DNA of 64,000 bases, taken from assembly GCA_000002445.1 (NCBI GenBank), contig CP000070.1, forward strand, positions 1,088,001-1,152,000, written 5' to 3'. The notes under the pieces were generated by a model. The model saw only the letters and a program-made list of their open reading frames with translations, was not told the DNA's origin and searched no databases. Source of the DNA: Trypanosoma brucei (lineage: Eukaryota). Both the position numbers and the translations under genes were made by a program. The stretch's first letter is position 1, and each line of letters opens with the position of its first letter. Positions 21,482 through 33,331 of the stretch are shown here, piece by piece.

Positions 21482-22387
21482 ATGTTGATGAACTTCGGGG
21501 GCTCCTACGATGCCTACATAAATAACTTCCAAGGTACCTTTCTTGCGGAGTGGATGTTGGATCATCCATCGGTTCCTTACATCGCAGGCGTCATGTATCT
21601 CATTCTTGTACTCTACGTACCGAAAAGCATTATGGCGAGTCAACCGCCCCTCAATCTTAGGGCCGCCAACATCGTGTGGAATCTGTTTCTGACATTATTT
21701 TCAATGTGCGGCGCGTATTACACCGTTCCGTACCTCGTGAAAGCGTTCATGAATCCTGAAATTGTCATGGCAGCCTCGGGGATAAAATTAGACGCAAACA
21801 CCTCACCAATAATCACACATAGTGGTTTCTATACCACCACGTGCGCTTTGGCTGATAGCTTTTACTTCAACGGTGATGTGGGTTTCTGGGTTGCACTTTT
21901 TGCCCTGTCAAAGATCCCTGAAATGATTGACACGGCCTTTCTTGTCTTCCAAAAGAAGCCGGTTATTTTTCTACACTGGTACCATCACCTCACTGTGATG
22001 CTTTTCTGTTGGTTTGCCTACGTGCAGAAAATTTCCAGCGGTCTGTGGTTTGCCTCCATGAACTATTCTGTCCACTCCATCATGTACTTGTACTACTTTG
22101 TATGTGCCTGCGGTCACCGTCGCCTCGTCCGTCCATTCGCTCCGATAATTACATTTGTGCAAATATTTCAGATGGTGGTGGGTACGATTGTTGTGTGTTA
22201 CACGTACACTGTAAAGCATGTGTTGGGAAGGAGCTGCACAGTAACAGACTTCTCTCTTCATACTGGTTTGGTAATGTATGTGAGTTACCTGCTTCTTTTT
22301 TCGCAGCTCTTCTACCGCAGCTATCTCAGTCCGAGGGATAAGGCCAGTATTCCACACGTAGCAGCGGAAATAAAGAAAAAAGAGTAA
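21482..22387 (+). CDS. ELO: Fatty-acid elongase (ELO/ELOVL family), first of three tandem paralogues
   Basis: The HxxHH histidine box FLHWYHHLTVMLF is present. There are multiple transmembrane helices. The conserved N-terminal WMLDHP motif precedes the first TM, and the C-terminus ends in a dilysine (KKKE). The ORF-track start at 21434 adds a Leu/Phe-rich leader, so the start is probably the Met at 21482. Confidence 0.85.
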   Translation: MLMNFGGSYDAYINNFQGTFLAEWMLDHPSVPYIAGVMYLILVLYVPKSIMASQPPLNLRAANIVWNLFLTLFSMCGAYYTVPYLVKAFMNPEIVMAASGIKLDANTSPIITHSGFYTTTCALADSFYFNGDVGFWVALFALSKIPEMIDTAFLVFQKKPVIFLHWYHHLTVMLFCWFAYVQKISSGLWFASMNYSVHSIMYLYYFVCACGHRRLVRPFAPIITFVQIFQMVVGTIVVCYTYTVKHVLGRSCTVTDFSLHTGLVMYVSYLLLFSQLFYRSYLSPRDKASIPHVAAEIKKKE

Positions 22388-23706
22388 ATGAAAGAATGGG
22401 GAGTTTAGTGGAGGATGGGGAAGAGCACGCACGCGTGTCTGCTCACGTGCTTATGTGTTTTGACAATGTTGAAGGTAAAAAGAAAAGAAGGAAAATGAGA
22501 AGAGTGATGGGTGGTGTTCGTCGCAGGCATGATCTGTGGCGTGTCCCTGCACTTGGTTCGATTTATTGCATTGGTTTCATTTCCTTTTCTCTTTTTTTTG
22601 TTCATAAAAAAATGCACACGCACGCAGTCGCACGCTCAGCTGTTCGCTTCGGTTGCTTGCTACTCCCCTACCATATTGTTTTTTGTGTGTGTATTTTGCA
22701 GTTGTAACTTCCACCTTCCCTTACTTTCACTTTGGGATGAACCAAAAAATAAAGGAAACGAAAATAAAAACGAAAAAAAGGAACATATATATATATATAT
22801 ATGCTAAATGTCATACGAGTTATTTAGCGCATACACACAAAGAGGTGTGTGTGTGTGTATTGGTAGGGCAATAATGCATCACCGTATCCCTCAAGCAATT
22901 CTACTCTGTTGACTCCATTCCTCCTCTCCTATCTTTTTTTACCCTTGTTTATTTTTCTCTTTTGAGGGACCGAACAAAAAAAAAATACGACAGTCACTTC
23001 TGAATAAGCAGCATTGTGGCAACGTATATTTTTTGTGTTCTTTTTTGTCCCCTTTAGCTCCCCTATTTTTCCACAGGGACACTTTGTTTCCTTCCTCCTT
23101 CGCACATACGGTAAACATACATACATACATACACATGTACACACAAACACATATTATATTATATATATATATATATATATATAATATGAGTGTGTGCCGT
23201 TGTGCGTGTGAAGGTTCGCTCACAGATATCCCTCAAACGTTAAACTCCCGTATTAAACGGTGGAAGAAAACAATATAAAAAAAGGGGAAGGGAGTCCAAC
23301 CGCGTAATATTGGGCGTAATAAATGTAGTGTGGCCAATCTTTCGTTTGTTTCAGTTCTTGTCACAAAATTAGTCTCTCTCCTTTCTTCTTCCTTCTTCAC
23401 CTACTCTTGCGGATATATACATGTGCGTACAAATGCACGCGGGTATATATGAATATTTGTTTGAGTCGTTCTGGTATTGAAAAGGTTACGACAGCAAACG
23501 ATACTTTTTAACAGAAAATAAATACGCTGAACGACTCGATTTATTAGTGAGGGTTGAGTGCATACAAATATACAAAAGTAGGTAAAAATATATTTAAATA
23601 TAAATATATATATATATATATATATCAACTCACAGAGCCTTTCTGGTGAGAAGGAAGCGTATTCGGTTAACAGAAATTAAACGAATAGTGGCGTAAGTGC
23701 GACGAG

Positions 23707-24522
23707 ATGTTTCCATACGTCACAGACTATAGCGGTTTTGCTATCAGGAAATGGATGATTGATAATGTGGATGTTGCCGGCTTCCTTTGCCTCTTGTATC
23801 TTGGGCTTGTGTGGAAGGGACCAGGCGTCGTGAAGAGCCTCAGAGAAAAGAATTTAATCAATGCAACACTTCTTCAGGGCGTTTTTATTATGTGGAATCT
23901 CTTTTTGTCCACCTTTTCCGTCATCGGAATGATCGTCGTTGTTCCCGCCGCTATTGCACACATCAGCAACAAGGGACTTGTTCCCGCTCTTTGCGAGAGG
24001 GATGTAAACATGATTTACGACTCTCCCGTCGGTTTCTGGGTTGGTGTGTTTGCGTTGTCAAAAATACCGGAATTGTTTGACACGGTTCTTCTTGTTTTGC
24101 AGGGGAAACAACCTCCGTTCCTTCATTGGTATCACCACACCACCGTGTTAATCTTCTCTTGGCAAAGCTACTGCGAGGGAAGTAGTACCATATTTGTCTT
24201 TGTTGCCATGAACCTGACGGTACATGCCGTCATGTACTTTTACTTCGCCATGTGTGCCAGTGGATTCAAGGCGATTATGCGAACCATTGCTCCGGTTATT
24301 ACAATTATGCAAATTTTGCAGATGATAGTTGGCAGCGCTGTAACAATGTACTCCGCATATGTACTTTACAATCCTCAACCTGATGGGCCACAGACTTGCG
24401 ATGTGACAAAAGCAAGCGCTCGGATGGGAGTGGTGATGTATTTGAGTTATTTGTACCTCTTCGCTGCGCTGTTTGTTGAGTCATACCTGAAACCAAAAAA
24501 GAGGACCGAAAAGTCGAAATGA
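23707..24522 (+). CDS. ELO: Fatty-acid elongase (ELO family), second tandem paralogue
   Basis: FLHWYHHTTVLIF histidine box. The shared N-terminal motif is WMIDNVDV. The protein is polytopic and ends in a K-rich C-terminus (KPKKRTEKSK). Confidence 0.85.
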   Translation: MFPYVTDYSGFAIRKWMIDNVDVAGFLCLLYLGLVWKGPGVVKSLREKNLINATLLQGVFIMWNLFLSTFSVIGMIVVVPAAIAHISNKGLVPALCERDVNMIYDSPVGFWVGVFALSKIPELFDTVLLVLQGKQPPFLHWYHHTTVLIFSWQSYCEGSSTIFVFVAMNLTVHAVMYFYFAMCASGFKAIMRTIAPVITIMQILQMIVGSAVTMYSAYVLYNPQPDGPQTCDVTKASARMGVVMYLSYLYLFAALFVESYLKPKKRTEKSK

Positions 24523-26440
24523 AGTACGGGACGGTAAAGAAAACAACAACGGGGTAATTTTTTTTTGTTTTTTCTTGTTTGTTTGTTGTAGAAACGTGGG
24601 TAACCGGGGAGGGGATGAGGGGGAGAAACGCCACTGGCACGGGACTAATGAACTAACGCCTTTTTATTTATTTATTTATTACCCTCTTCCCTTTTGTTTT
24701 TGGGAATGGAGGGGAAGAAGAAAACCATAACGCGATGCGTCGCAGCGTTTCGGTATGCGAGGAAGAGAGAGGGGAAAAACAAAAAGGAGCAGACAATTTT
24801 GAATGGCAGGGATGAGGGAAGAAAAAACAGTTTGGCACGTTCGACTGTTTTAATACTCGCTATTGAAACGAAAAAAAAAAATAAAAGAAAAGACAAACAA
24901 GCGCGCAAGTAAAATTAAGACCCAAACTGAGCAGGACGGAGCAAATTTTCCAAAACAAAAAATTACCTTGTGAGGAATCACAACTGATATGCGAGCAATC
25001 GGAAGGGAAAAGCAAAAGGAAAATTTGTGCGTGAAGGAGGGCATAACAATGAAGTAAATGCCAAGAAAGAAAGGAAAAAGAAAAAGAACAAAGTAGATAC
25101 TTACAATACAATACAAAAAAAAAGTAGGAAAACAGATGGCTTGAATGTATTATTTCTTCCGATGCGTTATTTTCCCCCTCTCCATGGTCCCCGTTTATGT
25201 CCTCTCAACTTACCGCTACCACGAGCCCAATAATTTATAAACAAAGCTCGTGGCATATGTGTATGTATGTGTATGTGTATATGTGCGTATGTATGTATGC
25301 ATGCATAATTATTTTTGCATTCATATGGACGCATATAAACGCATATACACATGTTTCTTTTTTTTTTTGTTTCGCCTTCTAAATCCCCTCCCCACTTTGG
25401 GGGGGGGGGAGAGTAGTGGTTTTATTTCGTTTCGTTTTAGTTTTTTATCATTTTTTTTAAATATAATAATTTCATATTTATCTCGTAATTATTTTATTTT
25501 TCGTAGTTGTTGTGTTTGTTTCCTCATTTATTCACAACCAATCACTCTCTTCGTTATATTTTTGGTTGCTTTTGACGACTACTTTACTACAATCATTATT
25601 ATTATTATCATTATTGTTCCTTCTTTTTCTTTTTTGTGTTATTATTTCAAAAAAATTGTAATAAAATAAACATTCACGCTACTTCGTGGTTGTTCACTCA
25701 TGAGAATGTTCTCATGAATATCGCAGCGGATTTGTTTGTCTATTAATTTTTTTTTCACCTTTTTAATTTCTCTCCTCATTTCTCTCTACACTCAATCACC
25801 TTATATTCCACTACTTTAGCCGTTTAGTGAAATCATATGACTAAATAAGCGCATTGACGTGAGCGTGAGCTGAAAGTGCTTTGTATATAATAAAAAAAAA
25901 AGAAAAAAGGCGCGGTTTTTAAAAAAAAAAATAGATAAATAAAATAATTCATCTGTCGATGAGAAATGGGAAATGTTTTCTGCCGTGGGGAGCTGATGCC
26001 GACGCCAATGGAAAACAGCCGGTTGACTCCGTCTAAAAACTTAATCGTGGCTATTTTATTTTTTTGTAACTTTAATTGCAACTTGAGGCTGTTGGAGTTA
26101 CTGGTGCATAATGAAGTGATACACGAAGGAGAGACGGATTATATTCTTCTTATCTGTAATGTCTTATGGGTGGTTTTTTTTTTGGGGGGGATAATACTGT
26201 AAAAGGAAAGCATAGGTGACGCACATTTTTGCGCCGTTGGTGTTGTTGTTCTTGTTGAGTGTAAATGTAAAATTATTTTCCAGAAATGGGGTGCTGCTGT
26301 GGGTTGTCGTGACAAACACTTCCTAACTTAATTATGATAATGCCAAACACTAGCAGGGATTGTGGAAGTTACAATCGGAAGGCCGATTCGTGTTTAACTC
26401 GATGAATATTATGTAAATGTGATGTTCGCCGTGTTTAAAC

Positions 26441-26520
26441 TTCTTCGTTTCTCCCTTCAGTACGCTCATTTGTTGTTTTCTGTGTCCGGTTTTTTTTCCT
26501 GTTTTGTTTGCCTCCTTCAA
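26441..26520 (+). promoter_or_regulatory. Polypyrimidine tract upstream of the third ELO gene
   Basis: cttcttcgtttctcccttcagtacgctcatttgttgttttctgtgtccggttttttttcctgttttgtttgcctccttc lies about 180 nt upstream of the ATG at 26698. Confidence 0.35.
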
Positions 26521-26697
26521 CCTGGACGTTTGCGCGCCCACTCACATACACGATAGTGAAGAAAAGGCATACAAAAAGAGTAAAAAAAATAAATAAAAGA
26601 AGTAAGGGAAAGTAAAGGAAAAAAAAAGAGGTAGCGTGTGCATCGAGTTCGACTGCGTCAAGAAAACCGGAATATAATACATCCTTAAGCACGACAA

Positions 26698-27615
26698 ATG
26701 TTTTTTACTCCTCCACAACTTCAGAAGCTTGAGCAGGACTGGAATGGGCTCGCAGTGCGTGATTGGATGATTGCCAATGTGGATGTTGTGTTGTACATCT
26801 CTTTCCTCTACCTTGGATTCGTATTTATTGGCCCAAAATTGTTCGCTAAGCTTGTTGGCACAAACCCGGCCGCTGCTGCTGCTGGAGCCCGAAGCGCTGA
26901 CGGCACCGGCTCTCCAATCGTTCGCCGGTCGATGGTTGTGTGGAATTTGGCGCTTTCAATTTTCTCCATCTTCGGCACAAGCACTGTGACGCCTGTACTT
27001 CTGCGTAACCTTGCCAATAAGGGGTTCTACGGTGCCACCTGTGACTTCAAGGAAACGGAATTTTACACAACAAATGTTGGATTCTGGATGGGTATTTTCG
27101 CTCTTTCAAAGATACCGGAGCTTGTTGACACGATATTCCTCGTGTTGCAGGGCAAACAGGAGTTGCCTTTCCTTCATTGGTATCACCATGTGACAGTTCT
27201 GTTGTTCTCATGGCACACGTACTGTGTAGGGAGTAGCGCATACATTTGGGTGGCCGCTATGAATTACTCCGTACATTCCGTCATGTACCTTTACTTCGCC
27301 CTTGCAGCATTAGGATACAAACGCGTAGTTCGCCCACTTGCGCCGTACATCACAATTATACAGATACTACAAATGGTTGTGGGTTGTTATGTGACTATTT
27401 TTGCACTTCAGGAGTTGCATGGGGAGGGGGGTCGCGGATGTGGTGTGTCGCCAGCGAACATGCGCATTCAATTGGTGATGTACGCCAGTTATTTGTACCT
27501 CTTCTCGAAGATGTTTGTGGCGTCGTACATTCGACCCCCCAAGCGCCCGACTGTTGGCGGTCCCTCCTCAACAGCCGGCGTCAGCAACGGTTCTGTCGAG
27601 AAGAAAGTTAAATAA
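26698..27615 (+). CDS. ELO: Fatty-acid elongase (ELO family), third tandem paralogue
   Basis: FLHWYHHVTVLLF histidine box, a WMIANVDV motif and a C-terminal KKVK. Confidence 0.85.
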   Translation: MFFTPPQLQKLEQDWNGLAVRDWMIANVDVVLYISFLYLGFVFIGPKLFAKLVGTNPAAAAAGARSADGTGSPIVRRSMVVWNLALSIFSIFGTSTVTPVLLRNLANKGFYGATCDFKETEFYTTNVGFWMGIFALSKIPELVDTIFLVLQGKQELPFLHWYHHVTVLLFSWHTYCVGSSAYIWVAAMNYSVHSVMYLYFALAALGYKRVVRPLAPYITIIQILQMVVGCYVTIFALQELHGEGGRGCGVSPANMRIQLVMYASYLYLFSKMFVASYIRPPKRPTVGGPSSTAGVSNGSVEKKVK

Positions 27616-29157
27616 TGACCTGTTGACTGAGCGGCAGATACATACAACACTCTCATGTACACGCGCCATGAGAAACTTTCATTTAGTGAAGTTGTTTTGC
27701 ATGTTCGTATCAAACTGTCGCCCCCCCTTTTTTTTACTTCTCTTTTCTTCTTTTTGTTTTTCTTTTTTTTTTCTTGTTGTTTTATGTTTAAATACTTTTA
27801 TGGTTTGAGGGTAATAACAAAACGGAAAAGAAAAAACAGAGTGGATTGCTGTGGTATCGTTGCACACATCCTTTTCTTATTATTGTCTCACTTTTCTCAT
27901 CTCCCTTCCTTTCTTTTTTTTTTTTTACCGGTGTGCACCAGTAGCCACGGCGGGAAAGGGGGGAAGGAATGAGAAATGAATCAAAGAGGAAGAGAAATAA
28001 ACAACAATAATGAAAAAAAAAAGATTCTTTTATATTAATTCGTATGACCTTTGAATAACGAAACGGAGAGGTTAGCGGTGAATTATCTCAAGCAGAACCG
28101 TGTGACGCATGACAGGCGTAACACATGCGGTACGACGCGTCTCTTCAGTCACCACACGATGAGGACTGAAGGATTGTTGAAGGCAATGTTGTGCTGTTGG
28201 CCTCTTGTTTTTTTTGTTTTGTTTTGTTTTTTTCGTGGGAATTGTTGGGCACAGGACGCGTTTTCCTCTTCTTTTTTTCTTCCTTCTTTTTTTTTTTTTA
28301 CTTTCTCTTCTGTTTTATCTTATCACTTTACGTGTTGTTAAACATTTTTTTTTGTTGTTGTTGTTCTTTTCCCTTACAACTTATGTTTCGCTAGTATGAA
28401 AGGAAAATGAATTTAAAATTATAAGGGAAGAAAAATGGTGGAGTTTCGCCGTTGCTGTTGTTGTTGGTATTTTTATTTCTGACATAATTGTGTGGCTTTT
28501 GCTTTTCGTTCATTTGGCATACAGCTACCAGTGACACTACAAAATAGGCGGAGAAGGGAAAGAAAACAGAGCAGGAAAAAGAAAAAAAACCGCGAAAGAG
28601 AAGGGAAGAAATAGGAGGAAACAAGATGAAACGAAACGAAACGAAAACAGAGGGGATTGTTGTTTTTGTTTTTTGTTTTTGTTTTTTTTTGTCTTTGGTT
28701 TTGGTTTCTGATACTGGAAAAGATTGAGACAACATCGCTGGTGTTAGGCTTCAAAGTACTCACATTTTTCCTTTTTATTTTATTTTATTTTATTCTTTTT
28801 CAATATTTATACCTCGTTTCAGTGCCTCTCTCCCTCATTTTGTTCCTCCCATACGGTGTGGAAAGTTTATTTATTTATGTGGAGGGGGGAGGGGACGTGA
28901 CGGGGTTCGTAAATTGTGTTCGTTTATTTTATCTACTCACTCGACTCTCTCCATGCTTCTTTTTTTTTTCCTCTTCCTTTTTTTGTTTTTTTTATGTTTT
29001 TGTGCCATGTTTCACGAATTGTAACGTATTTATAATTCCTCCGTATGATTGACACATTACAGTGAGTTGCGTTCCTCCTAAAAAAAAAAAGTATACGCAC
29101 ACACACGCACACAGGTATAAATATATTTACATATTTTATTTTGTTTATAGATATACA

Positions 29158-29751
29158 ATGAGTCAGTTTGGTCAACTTGTGTGCTTCAAGTGCCGCAAGA
29201 TATTAAGTTATCCCTTAGGAGCCGTAAGTTGCCGTTGCCGCAACTGCAACACCATCAATCCTGCACAAAACCTCCACATCACCTGCGGTTGTTGCTTTCG
29301 GCATATTTTGGTACCCATCAACACACTCACATTTTTATGCCCCTGTTGTGCCACAATAACGGATATACCGCAGTCACTTCTTCCATTAGTGGAAGGTCCA
29401 GTAAGTGTTGGTACAGAAACGGATCGTGTAGTCAAGACGATTTATGTCACATACCCCGGGAAAGCAAAACCAAAGGATAAAAATCGAAAGGGAATGAAAC
29501 ATGATGATGATGATGATGATGATGATAGGGAAAGTGAAGAAGAGGGTTGCAGCTCTGGTGGTGGTGGTAATATTGTGATGGGCGGAAAGGCAACGGCAAC
29601 TGGAAGGGAAGGAGGAGGTTGTAAAACAGGACCTCTGGATGGTGATGATGGTGATGATGATGAGCAACTTGTCGGTGATGGCCAGCGGAGCGTATCAAAC
29701 CGACATGAGGGATCGAATGTTATTATGGTAGTAGGAACACGCATATTATAG
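29158..29751 (+). CDS. Small protein with two tandem LSD1-type zinc fingers followed by an acidic (poly-Asp) and Gly-rich tail
   Basis: From the Met at 29158: MSQFGQLVCFKCRKILSYPLGAVSCRCRNCNTIN matches the zf-LSD1 consensus CxxCRxxLxYPxGAxxVxCxxCxxxT. A second, degenerate copy is CGCCFRHILVPINTLTFLCPCCATIT. The (GAT)8 run encodes D8. The ORF-track start at 29062 lies in low-complexity upstream sequence and is unlikely. Confidence 0.5.
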   Translation: MSQFGQLVCFKCRKILSYPLGAVSCRCRNCNTINPAQNLHITCGCCFRHILVPINTLTFLCPCCATITDIPQSLLPLVEGPVSVGTETDRVVKTIYVTYPGKAKPKDKNRKGMKHDDDDDDDDRESEEEGCSSGGGGNIVMGGKATATGREGGGCKTGPLDGDDGDDDEQLVGDGQRSVSNRHEGSNVIMVVGTRIL

Positions 29752-31022
29752 ATATTTCATCTGCATGTGTTACGCGGAAGAAAGCAACCTCGAATGTGTA
29801 CCCGAGCACTTATGGCGCAGCTGTGCTGTTTTATTGCTACGACCTTACCAGCGCTTTAACTGGTAGACAGGGGAAAGGGAATCTAGTGGAGTGTGTATAA
29901 TCCTCATATGCGGCTTCGCAACATAACTTTCCGCAATTTGCTTTCGCGTCTTCTTGTCTCTCTTTTTTTTTTTTGTCTTTTGCATTCTTTGCTTCCTAAC
30001 CCTTTGGAGGAACTTCCCTGCGTGTGAGTGTTCCTTTTTTTTTTATTATTGTTGTTGCTGTGATATGTTGCGTTGCGTGTATTCATGTAACTCAGATCGA
30101 ATCTCAAGAAAAAAAAAAAGAAAGAAAAAAAGCAATAATAACTTGAAAATAATGTGAATGCATTTGAATATATTAGGAAATTTAAAGGTTCTTACTTTTT
30201 CTTTTCAGAGGCGGCCGATCTCGCTTGAATTCCCATCTTTTTATTTCATGCATTTCACCGTAAACAAAAGGAAGCAACGGAGGATATGGGCGAATAGGAT
30301 TGGTACTCTTGTGTGCATAAACGCACACGTGTCATTGAAATGATTACTGTTCGAATCAGAGTGAGACAAGTTGTCAATTCGTGATGAATGTGGATGATTG
30401 TGCAAACTAGGGAGACGGGAAAGTGTGCGGGAGGATGCAGTTAATGTGGTTAAAGCTTAAAGCGTAAAAGAACCACACACGCACAAAAAAAAAAGAAAGA
30501 ATAACGGAGAAAGAAAAGCGAAGCTCATTCCTCATTTTTTTTTTCACGGCATTGTTTATTGTTACGACAGCTGGTGATGTTTGCCTCCCTCTTTATTCAA
30601 AGAATAAATAAATAAATAAAGGAGGAGAGAAACGAGAGGGTTAAAGCTGTGCCATTTGATTGCGCTGCACATACGGTGATTCCTGCTTTTCATACGTACG
30701 GTTTTGGAGCAATGGGATGGAGGGATTGGAGGATTTCATTGGAACGACTATAAAGTGCCAACTTGCCCAAACATGAGGGAAACCATAAAGAAGGTGGAGG
30801 CATGGAGTTGCAAATATTAGTGAGGGTTCGTCAAACATATTGGTTTCACTTAAAACAGCATTTTCACCCATTCATTTATGGGAATATAATCCGCATTTAC
30901 GGTTCTCACCCCCTTTTTTCCTTCTTCTTCTGCTCCCTCCTTTTGACAACTGGGTCGAGTAGCGGCGTGCTGTTGCCTTGTCTGCGGGGCAACGTGCTTT
31001 GAAAAAGGATTAAAATTGAGTA

Positions 31023-32102
31023 TTGTTTTTGAGAAACATGTGGTTTACATCGCTTGCCCGTTCCCGCTGCGGTGGACCCACGTGGCGGCTGTTTTCTGCC
31101 ACTCCGATTGTTTCGGGTTGCGTGGGTGAGTTTCATTCAATCGCGCTATACGCCCCAGTTCGCAACGAGTTTAAGACATCTCCAGACTGCGCCGCTAGTG
31201 GTTTTAAGGCGCATTCGTCAAGTGCGGGCTCATCCTCCTCCTCCTCCTCCTCCTCACGCTTCACTTCTGCAGCAGAGGAAGAGAAGATGTCCACTCCGTC
31301 GAGCGGTGCAAAGGTACGTGCACTTCAGCTGCATAACCTGCCACGATCGTGGATGTATGAAGAAATTGTAGAATTTCTTCACCAAGTTGCTGAGCACGCG
31401 GGTATTGAACAGCCGTCTTATCACTCCACGGCGTCGTGTAACAGCGATGGAAATGAGGAAAGTGACTCGGCAGTGCCCCACGTGACATCCCCTTTCGTGG
31501 CCAGGTTACACATACCGTTCGGACGGCGAACGGGGATCGTTTATGGGACACCTATTATTCTTATAACGTCTGATTCTCTTGCGGATTATCTCTTGCGTGA
31601 TCTCACCTTCGACCCTGATGACTATAGGAGTCGCATTTACTTCACAGAAACTAAAGCCGACAGGTGGTATAACGGTGTGGGTGGTTTGTCTGCTGTGAGT
31701 GAGGAGGCTGCGGTGGTGGCTGAGCAACAACAGGCACTTTCGACGTTGGAGCTTGATCGTTATCTCTTGGCTCCTGACCTTTTGTACGATATGGCAAAGA
31801 TGCGGCAGCGGCGCCTCGTCACACGGCGGTCGAAATTGCTGCTGCATACGTTTGCGGATGATGAGAGTGACATGAAGGATACTCACGATGTTGAGGGTTG
31901 TGACGCTTCTGCTGGGGGAAATGCCGTATTTGGCGAGCGAACTGAAGAGCAGAATGAGGAGGAGGAGGAGGATAGGACGAGGAAAGGGGGAGGGAAAGCG
32001 CCAACCCTCAAATGTGCCGGGGAATACAAAGATTTGGGTCGCGGATCGATGCATAGCGTTCCTCTTCCAGCACCGTATGTTCGTGGTCGGCGTGGTGCAT
32101 AA
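31023..32102 (+). CDS. Hypothetical protein with a presequence-like N-terminus, a poly-Ser run and an acidic region
   Basis: A 359-aa ORF in array orientation. The (TCC)n tract encodes S10. No recognisable domain was found. Confidence 0.4.
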   Translation: MFLRNMWFTSLARSRCGGPTWRLFSATPIVSGCVGEFHSIALYAPVRNEFKTSPDCAASGFKAHSSSAGSSSSSSSSSRFTSAAEEEKMSTPSSGAKVRALQLHNLPRSWMYEEIVEFLHQVAEHAGIEQPSYHSTASCNSDGNEESDSAVPHVTSPFVARLHIPFGRRTGIVYGTPIILITSDSLADYLLRDLTFDPDDYRSRIYFTETKADRWYNGVGGLSAVSEEAAVVAEQQQALSTLELDRYLLAPDLLYDMAKMRQRRLVTRRSKLLLHTFADDESDMKDTHDVEGCDASAGGNAVFGERTEEQNEEEEEDRTRKGGGKAPTLKCAGEYKDLGRGSMHSVPLPAPYVRGRRGA

Positions 32103-32724
32103 CCACGTGACTTTTTCCCCCATTGAAATAAGGGACTATTCATATGGGAGGTGCTCTTGCCAGGAGAAAGCGGACTCCCCCTGGTAGAGTGATGTTATCG
32201 CTATGATTGTTATTATTATTATTTCTTTTTCTACATAGCGTTTTAGTTGTTTTCCTCATCTTGCGACTCTGGGAGGGGTCCCTCATGTTTTTGCGCGAGC
32301 GGAGGTGAGGTGAAGTTTCACTTATTAAGGACTCTATTTTGGCTGCTTTAGGTGCTCGTGTCGTTTGCTTGTGGAACGACGATTGTTCCCCTCTCCCTTT
32401 GTGGAAGTGGGCGGATGATCAGTGTAGTGTGGCAAGAAAAGAGTTTTTTTTCCTTTTTTTTTTTCATCAGGGGTTGGCAAAAACCCTCCCTAGACCCGTA
32501 GGGTGATTTAGCTGTGTTTCTTACTCTCTACCATTGTTACCGAGGTTGTGATTTTTCAAGTGCAACAACTTTGGTGAAAAGAGCGAACCTCCTTACCTAT
32601 TGTATGTGTAGTTCACTGGATGCCCCACTGTTCTCCTCTTTTCCTTCTTGTTTTTATTTGACCTTGTATTACACGGAGAGTTTCTTCCCCTCTCCATTGG
32701 CATCCGCGGGCGGTATTCTCTCAT

Positions 32725-33075
32725 ATGTTAAGAAGCACTGCTGCGTGCCTCGGGGGCCAGAGGAAGTGGTGGAAAGAAGGCCGGCCGGATTTTGGTCGAG
32801 CAGCGGCCCGCCGCATGCAGTTGGAGCGGCGGCGACTGGAGGCGAGTACCCATCCACCACCTGTTGATCCCACGGCTCAGCAGGCTTGTGTTTTGTACCG
32901 GCGTCTATTGAAGGCCGGCCACCAGCAACTTTTGGTTACGGACAAAAGTTACTACGCGCGAAAGGTGCGACATGAGTTTGAGGTGACGGCCCGACAAACG
33001 AGTGCGCGTGTGAGAGGTATTATGTATGAGCGTGGGCAGTGGTTGGTGGAGAATAAACTCGGTGGTATTGTCTGA
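32725..33075 (+). CDS. LYR-motif (Complex1_LYR family) small mitochondrial protein
   Basis: ACVLYRRLLKAGHQQLL...DKSYYARKVRHEFEV carries the L-Y-R / K-x-YY-x-R-x-x-F signature of LYRM proteins. The real start may be the internal Met near 32812. Confidence 0.5.
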   Translation: MLRSTAACLGGQRKWWKEGRPDFGRAAARRMQLERRRLEASTHPPPVDPTAQQACVLYRRLLKAGHQQLLVTDKSYYARKVRHEFEVTARQTSARVRGIMYERGQWLVENKLGGIV

Positions 33076-33331
33076 GCGGGACGGGGCGGGTGTGACCGCA
33101 TCTGTGACGAAGCGGTTGGGGTGGGAAAGTTCGGGATTGGCTAACCTCAGGGAGGTGCTACCCAAAGGAAGTGTGTGTGTGTGTGTGTGTCTGTTGTTGT
33201 TTCTACTTCTCTACCTTTGTGTACCCAGTTGTTGCTTTGGCGACGCAACGGGTGGCGGCAGTTATTTACGCACCCGTTTCTTTTTGTTTGTTTTTCATTT
33301 TTCTTTTCTTGCGTAAATATCTTGAAACTCA

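Noticed and set aside
29386-29744. His-rich (HHHHHHHH) and Ser/Pro-rich ORFs antisense to the LSD1-finger gene
   Set aside because: They are the reverse-complement reading of the (GAT)8 and GGT-rich coding microsatellites of the + strand gene.
32514-32867. A 117-aa ORF overlapping the start of the LYR-motif gene in another frame
   Set aside because: It has low-complexity composition and overlaps a better-supported motif-bearing ORF. It is probably 5' UTR.
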